Positions 32,304-42,984 of a stretch of 64,000 nt of DNA are shown here, piece after piece. A program made the translations under genes and the position numbers. Numbering within the stretch: the stretch's first letter is position 1; every line of letters begins with the position of its first letter. The stretch comes from Nitrospirota bacterium (GTDB taxonomy: Bacteria > Nitrospirota > Thermodesulfovibrionia > Thermodesulfovibrionales > JdFR-86). The notes below the pieces were generated by a model, which searched no databases, was not told where the DNA came from, and saw only the letters and a list, made by a program, of their open reading frames with translations. The stretch is from positions 1,483,166-1,547,165 of the forward strand of contig CAVRJY010000001.1 in NCBI GenBank assembly GCA_963721805.1, in the 5' to 3' direction.

Positions 32304-32684
32304 TCACTCGCTGCATACGTCCACCGTGATCACGATGCCGGAGGCCTTCCCTTTCCTCGCGATGTCTCCCGTCTTGATCTCGCCGTCCATGACCTCGGCC
32401 TTTATGTAATAATCCCCGGCGTAAGACAAGATCCTGATCCTGCCGGTCTGACTGGTCGCACAGGTCTGGTCGGTGCGGTAGACGGACAGCGTATCGCCGA
32501 TATGCATGGCCTCTCTGGCGTCGTCCGTGCCGCCATAGAACAGATACACCGCGTCGCCCTGCTTACGCGTCTCGGCCTTCTCTAGATGGTGAAATATCCG
32601 TGGCTGGTATGAGGCTGCTATGGCAGTCGCGGCCAGGCCGAATGCGAGGACAATCACCATCAGACCGATCATACCGCGTTTCAT
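32304..32684 (-). CDS. Hypothetical secreted protein inside the kdp locus
   Basis: Signal peptide (..AATAIA); beta-rich mature part with 2 Cys; 9 nt after the kdpC stop. Confidence 0.75.
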   Translation of the reverse strand: MKRGMIGLMVIVLAFGLAATAIAASYQPRIFHHLEKAETRKQGDAVYLFYGGTDDAREAMHIGDTLSVYRTDQTCATSQTGRIRILSYAGDYYIKAEVMDGEIKTGDIARKGKASGIVITVDVCSE

Positions 32685-32693
32685 GTCTTCCCC

Positions 32694-33263
32694 TTACCGC
32701 CCGTCCAGGGCGAGGTTGAGCTTGAGCACGTTTACTCCCGGCTCGCCGAGCAGCCCGAGGAACCGTCCATCCGTATTCTTCTGGATCAGCTCCCGCAGCC
32801 TTGCCTCGTCGATGCCCCTCGCCTTTGCGACACGCGAGATCTGGTATTCGGCCGCTGCGGGACTTATGTGCGGATCGAGCCCGCTTGCCGATGCCGTGAC
32901 TAGGTCCACGGGGATCGAGTTTGCATTGTTCGGGTCGGCGGCCTTGAGCGCGGCGACCCTCTGCTTTACCGCGTCGATGAGCGCGGGGTTGGACTGCCCC
33001 ATATTCGAGCCGGACGATGACCCTGCGTTATACGGGTATGGCCCGGTGGCCGAGGGGCGGCCCCAGAAGTGCCCCGGGTCGGTGAACGGCTGCCCTATGA
33101 GCGCCGAGCCTACAGTTACGGAGTTCGATACGATCATGCTCCCGTTTGCCTGCGAAGGGAAGGCGACCTGCGCTATCGCGGTGACCGCGAGGGGGTATAT
33201 TATGCCGGTCAGGACGGTGAGGACCGCCAGCGCGATCAGTGAGGTCAATATCGTGCGTGTCAT
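32694..33263 (-). CDS. kdpC: K+-transporting ATPase subunit C
   Basis: [23 protein letters not shown] and [11 protein letters not shown] motifs. Confidence 0.96.
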   Translation of the reverse strand: MTRTILTSLIALAVLTVLTGIIYPLAVTAIAQVAFPSQANGSMIVSNSVTVGSALIGQPFTDPGHFWGRPSATGPYPYNAGSSSGSNMGQSNPALIDAVKQRVAALKAADPNNANSIPVDLVTASASGLDPHISPAAAEYQISRVAKARGIDEARLRELIQKNTDGRFLGLLGEPGVNVLKLNLALDGR

Positions 33264-33276
33264 GTATCTGTCTCCT

Positions 33277-35352
33277 TTAGACTATGTGCAGTGCGCCGAT
33301 TATCATGTCTATGGCCTTGATCCCGATAAACGGGACTATAAGCCCGCCCAGGCCGTAGATGAGGATGTTGTCACGGAGCATCACGCCCGCCTCGACCGCG
33401 CGGTACTTCACGCCCCTCAAAGACAGCGGGATCAGGCAGACGATTATCAGGGCGTTGAATATCACGGCCGAGAGAATCGCGCTTTGGGGCGTGGCCAGGT
33501 GCATCACGTTGAGTTTTCCGAGCGCAGGGTATGTCGCTACGAACGCGGCCGGGAGTATCGCGAAGTACTTGGCCACGTCGTTTGAGATGCTAAACGTGGT
33601 GAGCGTCCCGCGCGTCATCAGGAGCTGCTTTCCGATCTCGACGATCTCGATGAGCTTGGTCGGGTTCGAATCGAGGTCGACCATGTTGCCGGCCTCTTTC
33701 GCGGCCTGTGTTCCGGTGTTCATCGCCACAGCGACGTCGGCCTGGGCGAGCGCCGGGGCGTCGTTGGTGCCGTCGCCGGTCATGGCCACGAGCCGCCCCC
33801 CTGCCTGGTGCTCGCGTATGAGCTTGAGCTTGGCCTCGGGCGTTGCCTGAGCGAGGAAGTCGTCCACCCCCGCCTCGGCCGCTATGGCCGCCGCGGTAAG
33901 CGGGTTGTCGCCCGTTATCATCACGGTCCTGATGCCCATGCGCCTGAGTTCCGCGAACCGCTCCCTGATCCCGCCCTTTACGATATCGTTAAGCCTGATC
34001 GTGCCGAGCACGCGCCTGCCCTCGGCCACAACCAAGGGAGTAGCGCCTTCACGGGCGATATCGTCAACCGCGCTTCGGACTTCGGGAGGGAAGTGGCCGC
34101 CTAATTTTTTCACGTACTCCTCGACCGCGTCGGCCGCGCCCTTGCGGACCTCGCGGCCGCCCAAATTCACGCCGCTCATTCTCGTATTCGCCGAAAACGG
34201 AACGAGCGTGGCGTCAAGCGCCAATATGTCGCGCTCGCGGATATCGAACCTCTCTTTAGCCAGAACTACGATGCTCCGGCCTTCCGGGGTCTCGTCCGAG
34301 AGCGACGAGAGCTGCGCTGCATCGGCCAGAGCCCTTTCGTCGACGCCGCGTGCTGGGATGAATGCCGTGGCCTGCCTGTTTCCCAGCGTGATCGTGCCGG
34401 TCTTGTCCAGAAGCAGGACGTCCACGTCACCGGCGGCCTCGACCGCGCGGCCCGACATCGCTATCACGTTTGCCTGTATCATGCGGTCCATCCCGGCTAT
34501 GCCGATAGAGGAGAGCAGCCCGCCTATCGTGGTCGGGATCAGGCATACGAGCAGCGCGGCGAGGGTGGTGATCGTCACCGGGCTGCCCTGCCCCGCCGCC
34601 TTTACGCTGAAGAGCGAAAACGGCAGGAGCGTGGCCGTCGCAAGCAGGAATATGATCGTGAGCCCGGCCAGCAGGATATCGAGCGCGATCTCGTTTGGGG
34701 TCTTTTGGCGCTTCGCGCCCTCGACCATCGAGATCATGCGGTCCAGGAACGCCTCGCCCGGATTGGCCGTGACCCTGAGGATGAGCCAGTCGGAGAGCAC
34801 CATCGTGCCGCCGGTCACGGCGCTTCGGTCCCCGCCGCTTTCGCGTATCACGGGGGCGCTCTCGCCGGTTATCGCGCTTTCGTTGACTGAGGCCACGCCC
34901 ACGATGACCTCGCCGTCGCCGGGTATGACGTCTCCGGTCTCGGCGAGCACGATGTCGCCCCTCTTGAGGCTCGACGATGGCACGAGCTTGACCTTCGCCT
35001 TGGGGTCAGGCCGGTCGAGCACCTTGGCGTTGATGTCCTTGCGCGAGCCCCTGAGCGCATCGGCCTGGGCCTTGCCCCGGCCCTCGGCCATCGACTCGGC
35101 GAAGTTCGCAAATAGGACGGTGAACCACAGCCACAGCGAGACTGACAATATGAAGGCCGGAGATTCCGCGCCGCCTCGCACGAAAAGCGACTGGACATAC
35201 AGGGCGGTGGTAAGCAGGCTTCCGGTCTCGACCACAAACATTACCGGTTTTCTGAGCTGATAGCGCGGGTTGAGCTTTATAAACGACTCAATGACCGCCC
35301 GCCGCACTATTGCGGGCTCAAAGAGCGGGCGCGTTTTCTCTTTTCTGGACAT
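33277..35352 (-). CDS. kdpB: K+-transporting ATPase subunit B
   Basis: [23 protein letters not shown] and GDGTNDAP motifs. Confidence 0.97.
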   Translation of the reverse strand: MSRKEKTRPLFEPAIVRRAVIESFIKLNPRYQLRKPVMFVVETGSLLTTALYVQSLFVRGGAESPAFILSVSLWLWFTVLFANFAESMAEGRGKAQADALRGSRKDINAKVLDRPDPKAKVKLVPSSSLKRGDIVLAETGDVIPGDGEVIVGVASVNESAITGESAPVIRESGGDRSAVTGGTMVLSDWLILRVTANPGEAFLDRMISMVEGAKRQKTPNEIALDILLAGLTIIFLLATATLLPFSLFSVKAAGQGSPVTITTLAALLVCLIPTTIGGLLSSIGIAGMDRMIQANVIAMSGRAVEAAGDVDVLLLDKTGTITLGNRQATAFIPARGVDERALADAAQLSSLSDETPEGRSIVVLAKERFDIRERDILALDATLVPFSANTRMSGVNLGGREVRKGAADAVEEYVKKLGGHFPPEVRSAVDDIAREGATPLVVAEGRRVLGTIRLNDIVKGGIRERFAELRRMGIRTVMITGDNPLTAAAIAAEAGVDDFLAQATPEAKLKLIREHQAGGRLVAMTGDGTNDAPALAQADVAVAMNTGTQAAKEAGNMVDLDSNPTKLIEIVEIGKQLLMTRGTLTTFSISNDVAKYFAILPAAFVATYPALGKLNVMHLATPQSAILSAVIFNALIIVCLIPLSLRGVKYRAVEAGVMLRDNILIYGLGGLIVPFIGIKAIDMIIGALHIV

Positions 35353-37163
35353 TAATTAATGCCTCCGGCGAGGACCTGCTCTGCAATCGGCCCGAGCGCC
35401 AGAGCGGGCAGGAACGTCAGGGCCCCGACTATGATTATCACGCCCACGAGGAACGTCACGAACAGCGGCGTGTGGGTGGGCAGGGTGCCGGAGCTTACGG
35501 GAATCTGCTTTTTTGCGGCAAGCGAGCCCGCGATCCCGAGCACCGGAATGATGACCCCGAAGCGGCCGAAAAACATCGCTACAGCAAGCAGCGAGTTATA
35601 AAAAACGTTGTTGGCGTTTATCCCCGCAAACGCGCTCCCGTTGTTGTTCGCGGCAGAGCTGAATGCATATAATATCTCCGAGAAACCGTGAGGGCCGGGG
35701 TTCGATACGCCTGCCGCCCCGGCCTCCGTCACCGAGGCTATCGCCGTGCCTACCAGCACCAGCGAGGCCGGTATCAGTATCACGAGCGAGGCCATCTTCA
35801 TCTCGAAGGCCTCGATCTTCTTGCCGAGGTACTCGGGCGTGCGGCCTACCATCAGCCCCGCGACGAATACGGTCACAAGTACGAACATCAGCATCCCATA
35901 TAAGCCCGAGCCCACGCCCCCGAACACGATCTCGCCAAGCTGTATGAAGAACATCGGCACCATCCCGCCAAGCGGGCTGAAGGAGTCGTGCATCGAGTCA
36001 ACCGAGCCGTTCGAGGCGGCCGTGGTGGCCGTGGCCCAGATCGCGGAGGACGCTATCCCGAATCTGACCTCCTTGCCCTCCATGTTGCCGCCTGACTGCA
36101 TTACGCCGGCCGACTGGTCGATGCCGCTTATGGCGGCAAGCTGCGAGTTGCCCTGCTGCTCTATATAGCCCGTAAACAGCAGCAGCGGGATAAATATGAT
36201 CAGCATCGCCGCGAGGAGGACCCAGCCCTGCCGGGTGTCACCCACCATGCGGCCGAACGTATGGCAGAGGGCAGCGCTGATGAGCAGTATCGCTAGCAGC
36301 TCCAGGAAGTTCGACAGAGCGGTCGGGTTCTCAAACGGGTGGCTGGAGTTCGCGTTAAAATACCCGCCCCCGTTCGTGCCGAGCATCTTTATCGCCTCCT
36401 GCGAGGCCACCGGGCCCATGGGGATAACCTGTTGCTTTTGGGTCGCTTTCTCGGTCACAGGATTCCCGGCAGCGTCCATAATGGGATTGCCCTGACCGTC
36501 TACCTTGGCGTTATCGTACGTCAGGGTCTCGACCATCCGGGCCGTCTTATACGGGCTGAAGTTCTGGATGACGCCCTGCGAGACGAGCACGAGGGCGAAT
36601 ATAATCGAGAGCGGGATGAGTATGTATAGCGTCGAGCGCGTGAGGTCGACCCAGAAGTTCCCTATGGTCTTTGAGCTGTGGCGCGAAAGCCCACGGATGA
36701 GAGCGACCATCACTGCCATGCCGGATGCGGCAGAAACGAAGTTCTGCACCCCTAAAGCGGCCATCTGCGTGAGGTAGCTCATCGTGCTCTCTCCGCCGTA
36801 GCCCTGCCAGTTCGTGTTGGTCACGAAGCTCATCGCGGTATTAAAAGACGAGTCCGGCGAGACGGCCGCCATTGCCGCCGGGTTAAGCGGCAGGAGGCTC
36901 TGAGCGCGCTGGATCAGATAAACCGCGAGCACCCCAAACAGGCTGAACCACAGCACCGACGCGGCATAGCGCTGCCACGACATCTCCTCCTCAGCGTCCA
37001 CTAAACACACACGGTATATCAGCCGCTCGACCGGACCGAGCACCCGACCGAGCACGAACGGCTCGCCCATGTAAACACTGGCCATATAAGCGCCAAGAGG
37101 CTTTACGAAGGCCACGAGCACCGCAACGTAAATCGCCATCTGTATCATCATATTCGCTGTCAT
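35352..37163 (-). CDS. kdpA: K+-transporting ATPase subunit A
   Basis: TNTNWQ, GTNGGG, ASNGS and NNGSAF selectivity motifs. Confidence 0.97.
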   Translation of the reverse strand: MTANMMIQMAIYVAVLVAFVKPLGAYMASVYMGEPFVLGRVLGPVERLIYRVCLVDAEEEMSWQRYAASVLWFSLFGVLAVYLIQRAQSLLPLNPAAMAAVSPDSSFNTAMSFVTNTNWQGYGGESTMSYLTQMAALGVQNFVSAASGMAVMVALIRGLSRHSSKTIGNFWVDLTRSTLYILIPLSIIFALVLVSQGVIQNFSPYKTARMVETLTYDNAKVDGQGNPIMDAAGNPVTEKATQKQQVIPMGPVASQEAIKMLGTNGGGYFNANSSHPFENPTALSNFLELLAILLISAALCHTFGRMVGDTRQGWVLLAAMLIIFIPLLLFTGYIEQQGNSQLAAISGIDQSAGVMQSGGNMEGKEVRFGIASSAIWATATTAASNGSVDSMHDSFSPLGGMVPMFFIQLGEIVFGGVGSGLYGMLMFVLVTVFVAGLMVGRTPEYLGKKIEAFEMKMASLVILIPASLVLVGTAIASVTEAGAAGVSNPGPHGFSEILYAFSSAANNNGSAFAGINANNVFYNSLLAVAMFFGRFGVIIPVLGIAGSLAAKKQIPVSSGTLPTHTPLFVTFLVGVIIIVGALTFLPALALGPIAEQVLAGGIN

Positions 37164-37252
37164 TAGAAAATCTCCGGCTTCAGCAGCGCCACGAACAGAT
37201 AGATCAATAGTCCCGTGGAGATCGCCCCGCCGATCCAGTAAAGTATGTCCAT
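37163..37252 (-). CDS. kdpF: KdpF (29 aa)
   Basis: MDILYWIGGAISTGLLIYLFVALLKPEIF; stop overlaps the kdpA ATG; AGGAGG RBS. Confidence 0.92.
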   Translation of the reverse strand: MDILYWIGGAISTGLLIYLFVALLKPEIF

Positions 37253-37265
37253 GCCGGGTCCTCCT

Positions 37266-37346
37266 CTACAGCCTTCCGAAGAGCCTGACCATCAGGCCCG
37301 CTAGTGCGAAACACGCCACAGCCGCAACTAAAAATACGATGTCCAT
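37266..37346 (-). CDS. 26-aa hydrophobic peptide upstream of kdpF
   Basis: MDIVFLVAAVACFALAGLMVRLFGRL; AGGAGG upstream; single TM. Confidence 0.7.
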   Translation of the reverse strand: MDIVFLVAAVACFALAGLMVRLFGRL

Positions 37347-37369
37347 GTCTATGTCGGCCTCCTGTTTGA

Positions 37370-37435
37370 ATCGTATCACTAAACAAAGTAAAATAGGCGC
37401 AAAAATAGGCATCCAGGGTGTAAATATTCCGTAAA
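37370..37435 (-). promoter_or_regulatory. kdp promoter with KdpE-like box
   Basis: TTTACggaataTTTACACC, then 38 nt, then TGaTACGAT extended -10; resembles E. coli TTTATA-N5-TTTACA. Confidence 0.65.
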
Positions 37436-37549
37436 TTATTTATGTTTATCAGGCGGGCTGATTATATGCCGCTGCCTTCAATAACAGGAGAGGCTCCCCC
37501 CGCACCGGCCGCAGGGAACCGGGCGAGGGGAGTCAAGAAGAAGCCTTCC

Positions 37550-38332
37550 TCAGAATGTCAGCGCTACGGTCACTCCGCCCCAGAGCACGGAGTTATGAGT
37601 GTCGCCCGCGTTTGCCAGCGAGCTTTGCTTCATTATGTATGCCGCGTCCTTCGTAAGCGGGAAGTCGTACGCCAGCGACGGCGTGATCGAGATAGCCTTC
37701 GTCACGGGTATTTTTACGAAGCTCGAGAGCTCTCCGTTATAGAAGCCGCTGTACTTCCTGCCGTCCTTTTTAAGGCCCATCGCTTCATTGTTGGTGTCAT
37801 ACCCCACAGATGCGCCGCCTCCGGCCGTGATCCCGTGCCAGAGCTCAGGGCTCGTCTGGCTCACCGCGAGCACCGCAAAGCCGCCGCCATCGCCGCGTCT
37901 GAGATTCTGGTAATACGTTATGCTCGGGTTTAAGATCGTCGCGTACGATGCCGAGACGAACGCCTCCTCGTCGTTTGCGCCCACGACGCCATAGTAGATA
38001 TAGCCCGCGCTCAGGCTCAGGTCCTTGACCGAGTATGTGTATTTAAGAGTCAGGTCAGTCTCGTTCGTCTGCTGGATGTCAGGATTTCTGTCGTAGTTCA
38101 TCCACAGATTGGCGTTAAACCCGCCGTAGTTGAAGTCTATCGAGGGCTGTATCACCCACCCGTCGCTCAGGACGAGGCCGCGCCAGACATACTGGCTCAG
38201 GTAGCTTACCGACGCCGTAGCGGATGTGGGTATGGAAGGGGCCGCGGCCGGGGCCTCATCGGCCAAGGCCACACCAGTTACCCCCAGAACCAGCAGCAAC
38301 CCCAATGCAATACTCGTAAACCTTCTTGACAT
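37550..38332 (-). CDS. Outer-membrane beta-barrel protein (TorF/Gcw-chp-like)
   Basis: Signal peptide, SQYVWRG, ETDLTL.Y, alternating beta strands, terminal Phe; CAGGAGG RBS. Confidence 0.75.
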   Translation of the reverse strand: MSRRFTSIALGLLLVLGVTGVALADEAPAAAPSIPTSATASVSYLSQYVWRGLVLSDGWVIQPSIDFNYGGFNANLWMNYDRNPDIQQTNETDLTLKYTYSVKDLSLSAGYIYYGVVGANDEEAFVSASYATILNPSITYYQNLRRGDGGGFAVLAVSQTSPELWHGITAGGGASVGYDTNNEAMGLKKDGRKYSGFYNGELSSFVKIPVTKAISITPSLAYDFPLTKDAAYIMKQSSLANAGDTHNSVLWGGVTVALTF

Positions 38333-38390
38333 CTGATTATCCTCCTGGTTAATTGTTAAGACGCCCCATGGCCCTTCTGCCATATTGAAA

Positions 38391-38456
38391 AGCCTATCAC
38401 GAAACAGCGCGATATTGAAGCAATAGCGCGGGCTTATGGTGTAAATGTATTGTAAA
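38391..38456 (-). promoter_or_regulatory. Second KdpE-like promoter, upstream of the beta-barrel gene
   Basis: TTTACaatacaTTTACACC, then 38 nt, then TGaTAGGCT; same geometry as the kdp promoter. Confidence 0.65.
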
Positions 38457-38480
38457 GAACGGGGGTATTACGAGGGTGCG

Positions 38481-40124
38481 TTATTCGGCCGGCTCAGTGC
38501 GGGAGATGCGTATCCGAAACTCAGTACCGTTTGAGCGGTTGAGCTTAACATCGCCGCGGATCTGCTTTGAGAGCGTCATGACGATCTGCATCCCGAGCGT
38601 CTTCGTATCGTTGATGTCGACGGCTTCCGGCATCCCGACGCCGTTGTCCCGGACTACCAGCATGTAATCGCCCTCGATCAGCCCGAATCCGACATACAGC
38701 TCTCCGGGGCGGACATGCGGGAAGGCGTATTTCAGGGCGTTCGAGACGAGTTCGTTGACAATCAGGCCGCATGGGATGACAGTGCTTACGTCGACCTGAG
38801 CTTTCTGGACGTCCAGGCGGAGCTTGATCCTAGATGCGTCGGCGTTATAGGTGTGAAAGAGCTGGGTGACGAGGCCCTTCAGGTATGCCTCGATGTTTAT
38901 GGTCGCGAGGTCCGTGGAGTTATAGAGCATCTCGTGGATCATGCCCATCGCCCTCACCCGCGACTGGCTCTCGACGAGGAGCTCCTTTGCGGTTGCGTCG
39001 GACACCTGCGAGGACTGGAGCCTCAGGAGGCTCTGGATCACCGCGAGACTGTTCTTCGTCCTGTGGTGGACCTCCCTGACAAGGATCTCGCGTTGTTCGA
39101 GGCGCTCCCTGAGCGCGGTCTCGAGCGCAGCGAGCGTGTCGTTGATCGATGCGCTGAGCTCCCCGATCTCGTCGCCGCCATGAAGCTCGATCCTCGCGGC
39201 GTGGCTGCCCGAGGCGCGGATGGCTTGCAGGTCCCCGCTTACCTTTGCGAGCCTCACAAAGACGTTGAGCTTGAGCAGCCACCACATCAGGACGACAGAG
39301 ACGACCGTGATCGCCAGCAGCGCGAGCATGAAATAGCGGACGGTGTTTAAACCCTCCTGATAGATGCCCCGCTTGAGGTTTACGTCGAGCACGAGGGCTG
39401 GCTCCCCGAAGATGTCGTCGAGGACTGCCGATGCCCTGAGCGTCTTGTCATCGAGGTATTTTACGGACGGGCTGTCGCCGGCCGCAGCGCCGCCGGTGGC
39501 GCCGAACGAAAGGTCGAGGTTCGCTTTCTTCGAGAGCCCGGCGAGCCCCGCGGGATCGACGTACCTGGCGGTGATGAACGTGCCCCGCACCGGCCCCTCG
39601 TAATTGCTCTTCACTATGGGGCGGGCCGAGAGCAGCATGGGCGTCTTTCCGGCCATGATGAACCCGGAGTAAGAAGCGGTCGCGCTCGTGATATGGGCGA
39701 TGTCCGGGTGGCGGGCAAAGAGGTCCCTGAGCGCCGCCTCGGGGACGGCCATCGGGGCGTTGTTCCTGAAGTCGTACGCCCGCTCGTATAGCACCTGGCC
39801 GTTGGAGTCCAGTATGACGATCAGGTTTAGTTCGAGCTTCACGAACGTCTTGTCTATCATGTTGGTGGAGAGGAAGGCGGGGTTGCGGTCGCGTGCGAAC
39901 TCGTATGCGTCGTCCCAGGCCGACCAGTCGATGTTGTTGGAATGCAGGAAACCGATCTCGCGCTCGAAGGCGTTGACCGCACGCTGCACGTTGGCCTCGG
40001 CGTCCTTGCGCTCAAGCTCGACGAAGCTCCCGAGGATGATCCTGCCCGAGAGGGCGTACACGACGATGAGCGCCGCCGCGAACACGGCGCATATGATCAG
40101 CATCGACTTGGTGTACAGCCTCAA
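38481..40124 (-). CDS. CHASE4-HAMP sensor histidine kinase (HisKA_2 type)
   Basis: DWSAWDD (CHASE4), DEIGEL (HAMP), EVHHRTKN, NELVSNALKYAF and DNGVG motifs. Confidence 0.9.
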   Translation of the reverse strand: MRLYTKSMLIICAVFAAALIVVYALSGRIILGSFVELERKDAEANVQRAVNAFEREIGFLHSNNIDWSAWDDAYEFARDRNPAFLSTNMIDKTFVKLELNLIVILDSNGQVLYERAYDFRNNAPMAVPEAALRDLFARHPDIAHITSATASYSGFIMAGKTPMLLSARPIVKSNYEGPVRGTFITARYVDPAGLAGLSKKANLDLSFGATGGAAAGDSPSVKYLDDKTLRASAVLDDIFGEPALVLDVNLKRGIYQEGLNTVRYFMLALLAITVVSVVLMWWLLKLNVFVRLAKVSGDLQAIRASGSHAARIELHGGDEIGELSASINDTLAALETALRERLEQREILVREVHHRTKNSLAVIQSLLRLQSSQVSDATAKELLVESQSRVRAMGMIHEMLYNSTDLATINIEAYLKGLVTQLFHTYNADASRIKLRLDVQKAQVDVSTVIPCGLIVNELVSNALKYAFPHVRPGELYVGFGLIEGDYMLVVRDNGVGMPEAVDINDTKTLGMQIVMTLSKQIRGDVKLNRSNGTEFRIRISRTEPAE

Positions 40125-40233
40125 GGGAAATGCTCCGTTTCCAGACCGGGATCATAGATATTAAACTTATGGCGGGTGGCTGTCAACTTGCCCTGAACGG
40201 GCAGGCAACGGCCCGATGCGATGAGGGAAAAAA

Positions 40234-40311
40234 TGGGGTGGGTGATGGGACTTGAACCCACAACACCTGGTGCCACAGACCAGTACTCTGACCAATTGAG
40301 CTACACCCACC
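40234..40311 (-). tRNA. tRNA-His(GTG)
   Basis: G-1, GTGGGTG/CACCCAC acceptor stem, CTGTGGC loop, CCA. Confidence 0.95.
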
Positions 40312-40400
40312 GTTTTGCAGACCACCTATTATATATAAAAACGGTACCAGTCTTTCAAGCGGCGCGAATCAGCGCCCCGGCGTTCGTGTATAATTTCAGG

Positions 40401-41358
40401 ATGGCGAACCACACAGAGACGCTCGACAAGGGCTCCCTGACACGCTATGCGTGGCTCTCGATAGCCGCTGCGCTCGTGACCATGGCGCTGAAATCCGCGG
40501 CCTATATGCTTACGGGCTCGGTCGGCCTGCTCTCAGACGCGATGGAATCGCTCGTGAACATGGCGGGCGCGATAATGGCGCTTGCTATGCTGCGCGTAGC
40601 GGAGCAGCCCGAGGACGAGGCCCACGCCTATGGCCACGGCAAGGCCGAATACTTCTCGAGCGGGTTTGAGGGCGCACTGATATTGATAGCAGCGCTCGGG
40701 ATCGCCTATGAAGCCACAGTGAGGCTGCTTCACCCAAAACCGCTCGAGCAGATCGGGATGGGTCTCGCCATCTCGGTCGTGGCCTCGCTGATCAATCTTG
40801 CCGTGGCGCTCGTGCTGATGAGGGCCGCGAAACGCCGCGGCTCGATCACGCTCAAGGCGGACTCCCAACACCTGCTCACGGACGTCTGGACCTCGGTAGG
40901 CGTCGTGATTGGCGTGGGAATGGTCGCGGTGACGGGATGGCAAATTCTAGATCCTATAGTCGCTTTTATAGTGGCTGCCAATATCATATGGGTGGGCGGC
41001 GGCATCGTCTTTGAGTCCATACACGGTTTAATGGATATCTCTCTTCCGCCCGCAGGAACTGGCCGTCCTGCGCCGCATACTCGACGGCCACCTAAAAGAC
41101 GGGATCAGCTATCACGCCTTCCGCACGAGGCGCTCGGGCACACGGAGGTTCCTCACGCTGCATGTCTTAGTGCCCGGAGAATGGACCGTGCAGCGAAGCC
41201 ATGACCTCGTCGAGGCGATCGAGCAGGAGATCTGCGATGCGTTTCCGAACATCAACATACTGATCCACTTCGAGCCGCTCGAAGACCCCAGCTCATGGCT
41301 GGACACTGACCTCGACCGCACCACCTACAATGGCGAGGGCAAAAGCTGCGAGAAATAA
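40401..41358 (+). CDS. Cation diffusion facilitator (FieF-like), +1 frameshift near 41050
   Basis: SDAMES, YGHGKAE, HLLTD and DP motifs; the C-domain ([25 protein letters not shown]) continues in another frame. Confidence 0.85.
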
Positions 41359-41470
41359 GGCGTACGCGTGAAAGAGCCCGCTGGATCCAGTCGATAAAAA
41401 AACCGGGCCCCGATGTGCTGGAGCCCGGCTGTTGGAGCTTAGTCTTTAAATAGAGGGGCCAGTCGGCCCC

Positions 41471-42784
41471 CTATCTTATCTCGTAACCTGCCTCGCTGTG
41501 CTGGGTGAGGTCCAGGCCCTGAAGCTCCTGGTCGCGGGTGACGCGCAGCCCCATCGTCTTGTCGATGAGCTTCAAGAGCACAATTGTTACAGCGATGGAA
41601 TAGATAGCGACCACGCCGATGGCCTTGAGCTGCACCATCAGCGTCCCGGCGTTGCCCAGGAGAAGGCCGTCCGCGCCGCCGGGGTTGATCGCCTTGGACG
41701 CCAGCAGGCCGAGGGCTATCGTGCCGAGCGTCCCGCCTACGCCGTGCACGCCGAAGGCGTCGAGCGAATCGTCATACCCAAGCTTGCCCTTGAGGTTGAG
41801 CGCGGTGAAGCATACAGCACCCGCGGCCGCGCCTATCAGGAGCGCGGAGGCCGGGGTCACAAAACCGGCTGCCGGGGTGATCGTCGCAAGCCCGGCTATG
41901 CAGCCCGTGGCGCCGCCGAACATCGTGGGTTTGCCCCTTATGGACCACTCAAGTGCCAGCCATACGATAGTCGCCATGGCGGCCGCGAAGTGGGTGTTGA
42001 CGAGCGCGATCGTGGCAAGGCCGTTTGCGGCAAGCGCACTTCCGGCGTTAAAACCGAACCACCCGAACCACAGCAAGCCCGCGCCTAGCACGGTCATGGG
42101 CAGGTTGTGCGGGACCATCGGCTCGTTGCCGTAGTCCACGCGCTTGCCGATCATTATCGCCGCGACGAGCGCCGAGATGCCGGACGTCAGGTGCACGACC
42201 ATCCCGCCCGCAAAATCGAGCGCCCCGGCCTGCTTTAGCCAGCCACCGTCGCCCCATATCCAGTGGCAGACCGGGTCGTAGACCAGCGTGCTCCAAAGCA
42301 CCATGAATACTAGGTATGACGAGAACTTGATGCGCTCGGCCAGCGCGCCGCTGATCAGCGCCGGGGTTATGACCGCGAACATGCACTGGTAGATCATGAA
42401 GGTCAGGTGAGGGATCGTCGGGGCATAGGCCGCGTAGGGCTCTACGCCTACCCCGCTGAGGCCCACCCACTGAAGCCCGCCGAGCCAGCCGCCCGCGACA
42501 TCAGGGCTGAAGGCCAGGCTGTAGCCGATCAGGCACCACTGCACAGTGATCACCGCCATCGCCACGAAGCTCTGCATTATAGTGCCGAGCACGTTCTTGG
42601 TCCTGACCATCCCGCCATAGAACATCGCGAGGCCGGGCGTCATAAGGAGCACGAGTGCGGTCGATACCAGGATCCATGCGGTATCGCCAGCGCTTATCGC
42701 GGAGGGCGGGGCATCGGCCCCGAAGGCCGTGCCAGTTACGGACAACGCGGAAACCACTATGAAGAACAAAGAAGCCTTGCGCAA
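41471..42784 (-). CDS. amtB: Ammonium transporter
   Basis: GDTAW, DFAGG.VVH, WFGWFGFNAGS and DDSLDAFGVHG motifs; GGGGAGG RBS with TTG. Confidence 0.95.
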   Translation of the reverse strand: MRKASLFFIVVSALSVTGTAFGADAPPSAISAGDTAWILVSTALVLLMTPGLAMFYGGMVRTKNVLGTIMQSFVAMAVITVQWCLIGYSLAFSPDVAGGWLGGLQWVGLSGVGVEPYAAYAPTIPHLTFMIYQCMFAVITPALISGALAERIKFSSYLVFMVLWSTLVYDPVCHWIWGDGGWLKQAGALDFAGGMVVHLTSGISALVAAIMIGKRVDYGNEPMVPHNLPMTVLGAGLLWFGWFGFNAGSALAANGLATIALVNTHFAAAMATIVWLALEWSIRGKPTMFGGATGCIAGLATITPAAGFVTPASALLIGAAAGAVCFTALNLKGKLGYDDSLDAFGVHGVGGTLGTIALGLLASKAINPGGADGLLLGNAGTLMVQLKAIGVVAIYSIAVTIVLLKLIDKTMGLRVTRDQELQGLDLTQHSEAGYEIR

Positions 42785-42821
42785 AATCGTTCCTCCCCAG
42801 GATTAATTTTACATAATTGTA

Positions 42822-42837
42822 TGCACAAACAATGCCA
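42822..42837 (-). promoter_or_regulatory. Sigma54 -24/-12 promoter of amtB
   Basis: TGGCATTGTTTGTGCA with correct GG/GC spacing; AT-rich tract and candidate enhancer sites upstream. Confidence 0.75.
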
Positions 42838-42984
42838 AATAATATTTTATTTATTTAACCAATATATATATCTCTTAGTTAATGTGATACATGAGACATA
42901 ATTGTGATATATACAATTTTGTCTTACGTTATTGTAGATATGATAGTCAATTTAAGGCGGGGCCGGGTCGATGGAAAACGCGTA

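Noticed and set aside
26517..40233. Genomic island between tRNA-Ser and tRNA-His carrying kdp
   Set aside because: No integrase, no partial-tRNA att repeat, and most genes have host-like composition
40221..40400. N-terminal extension of the CDF ORF
   Set aside because: It overlaps tRNA-His on the opposite strand; the real start is ATG40401
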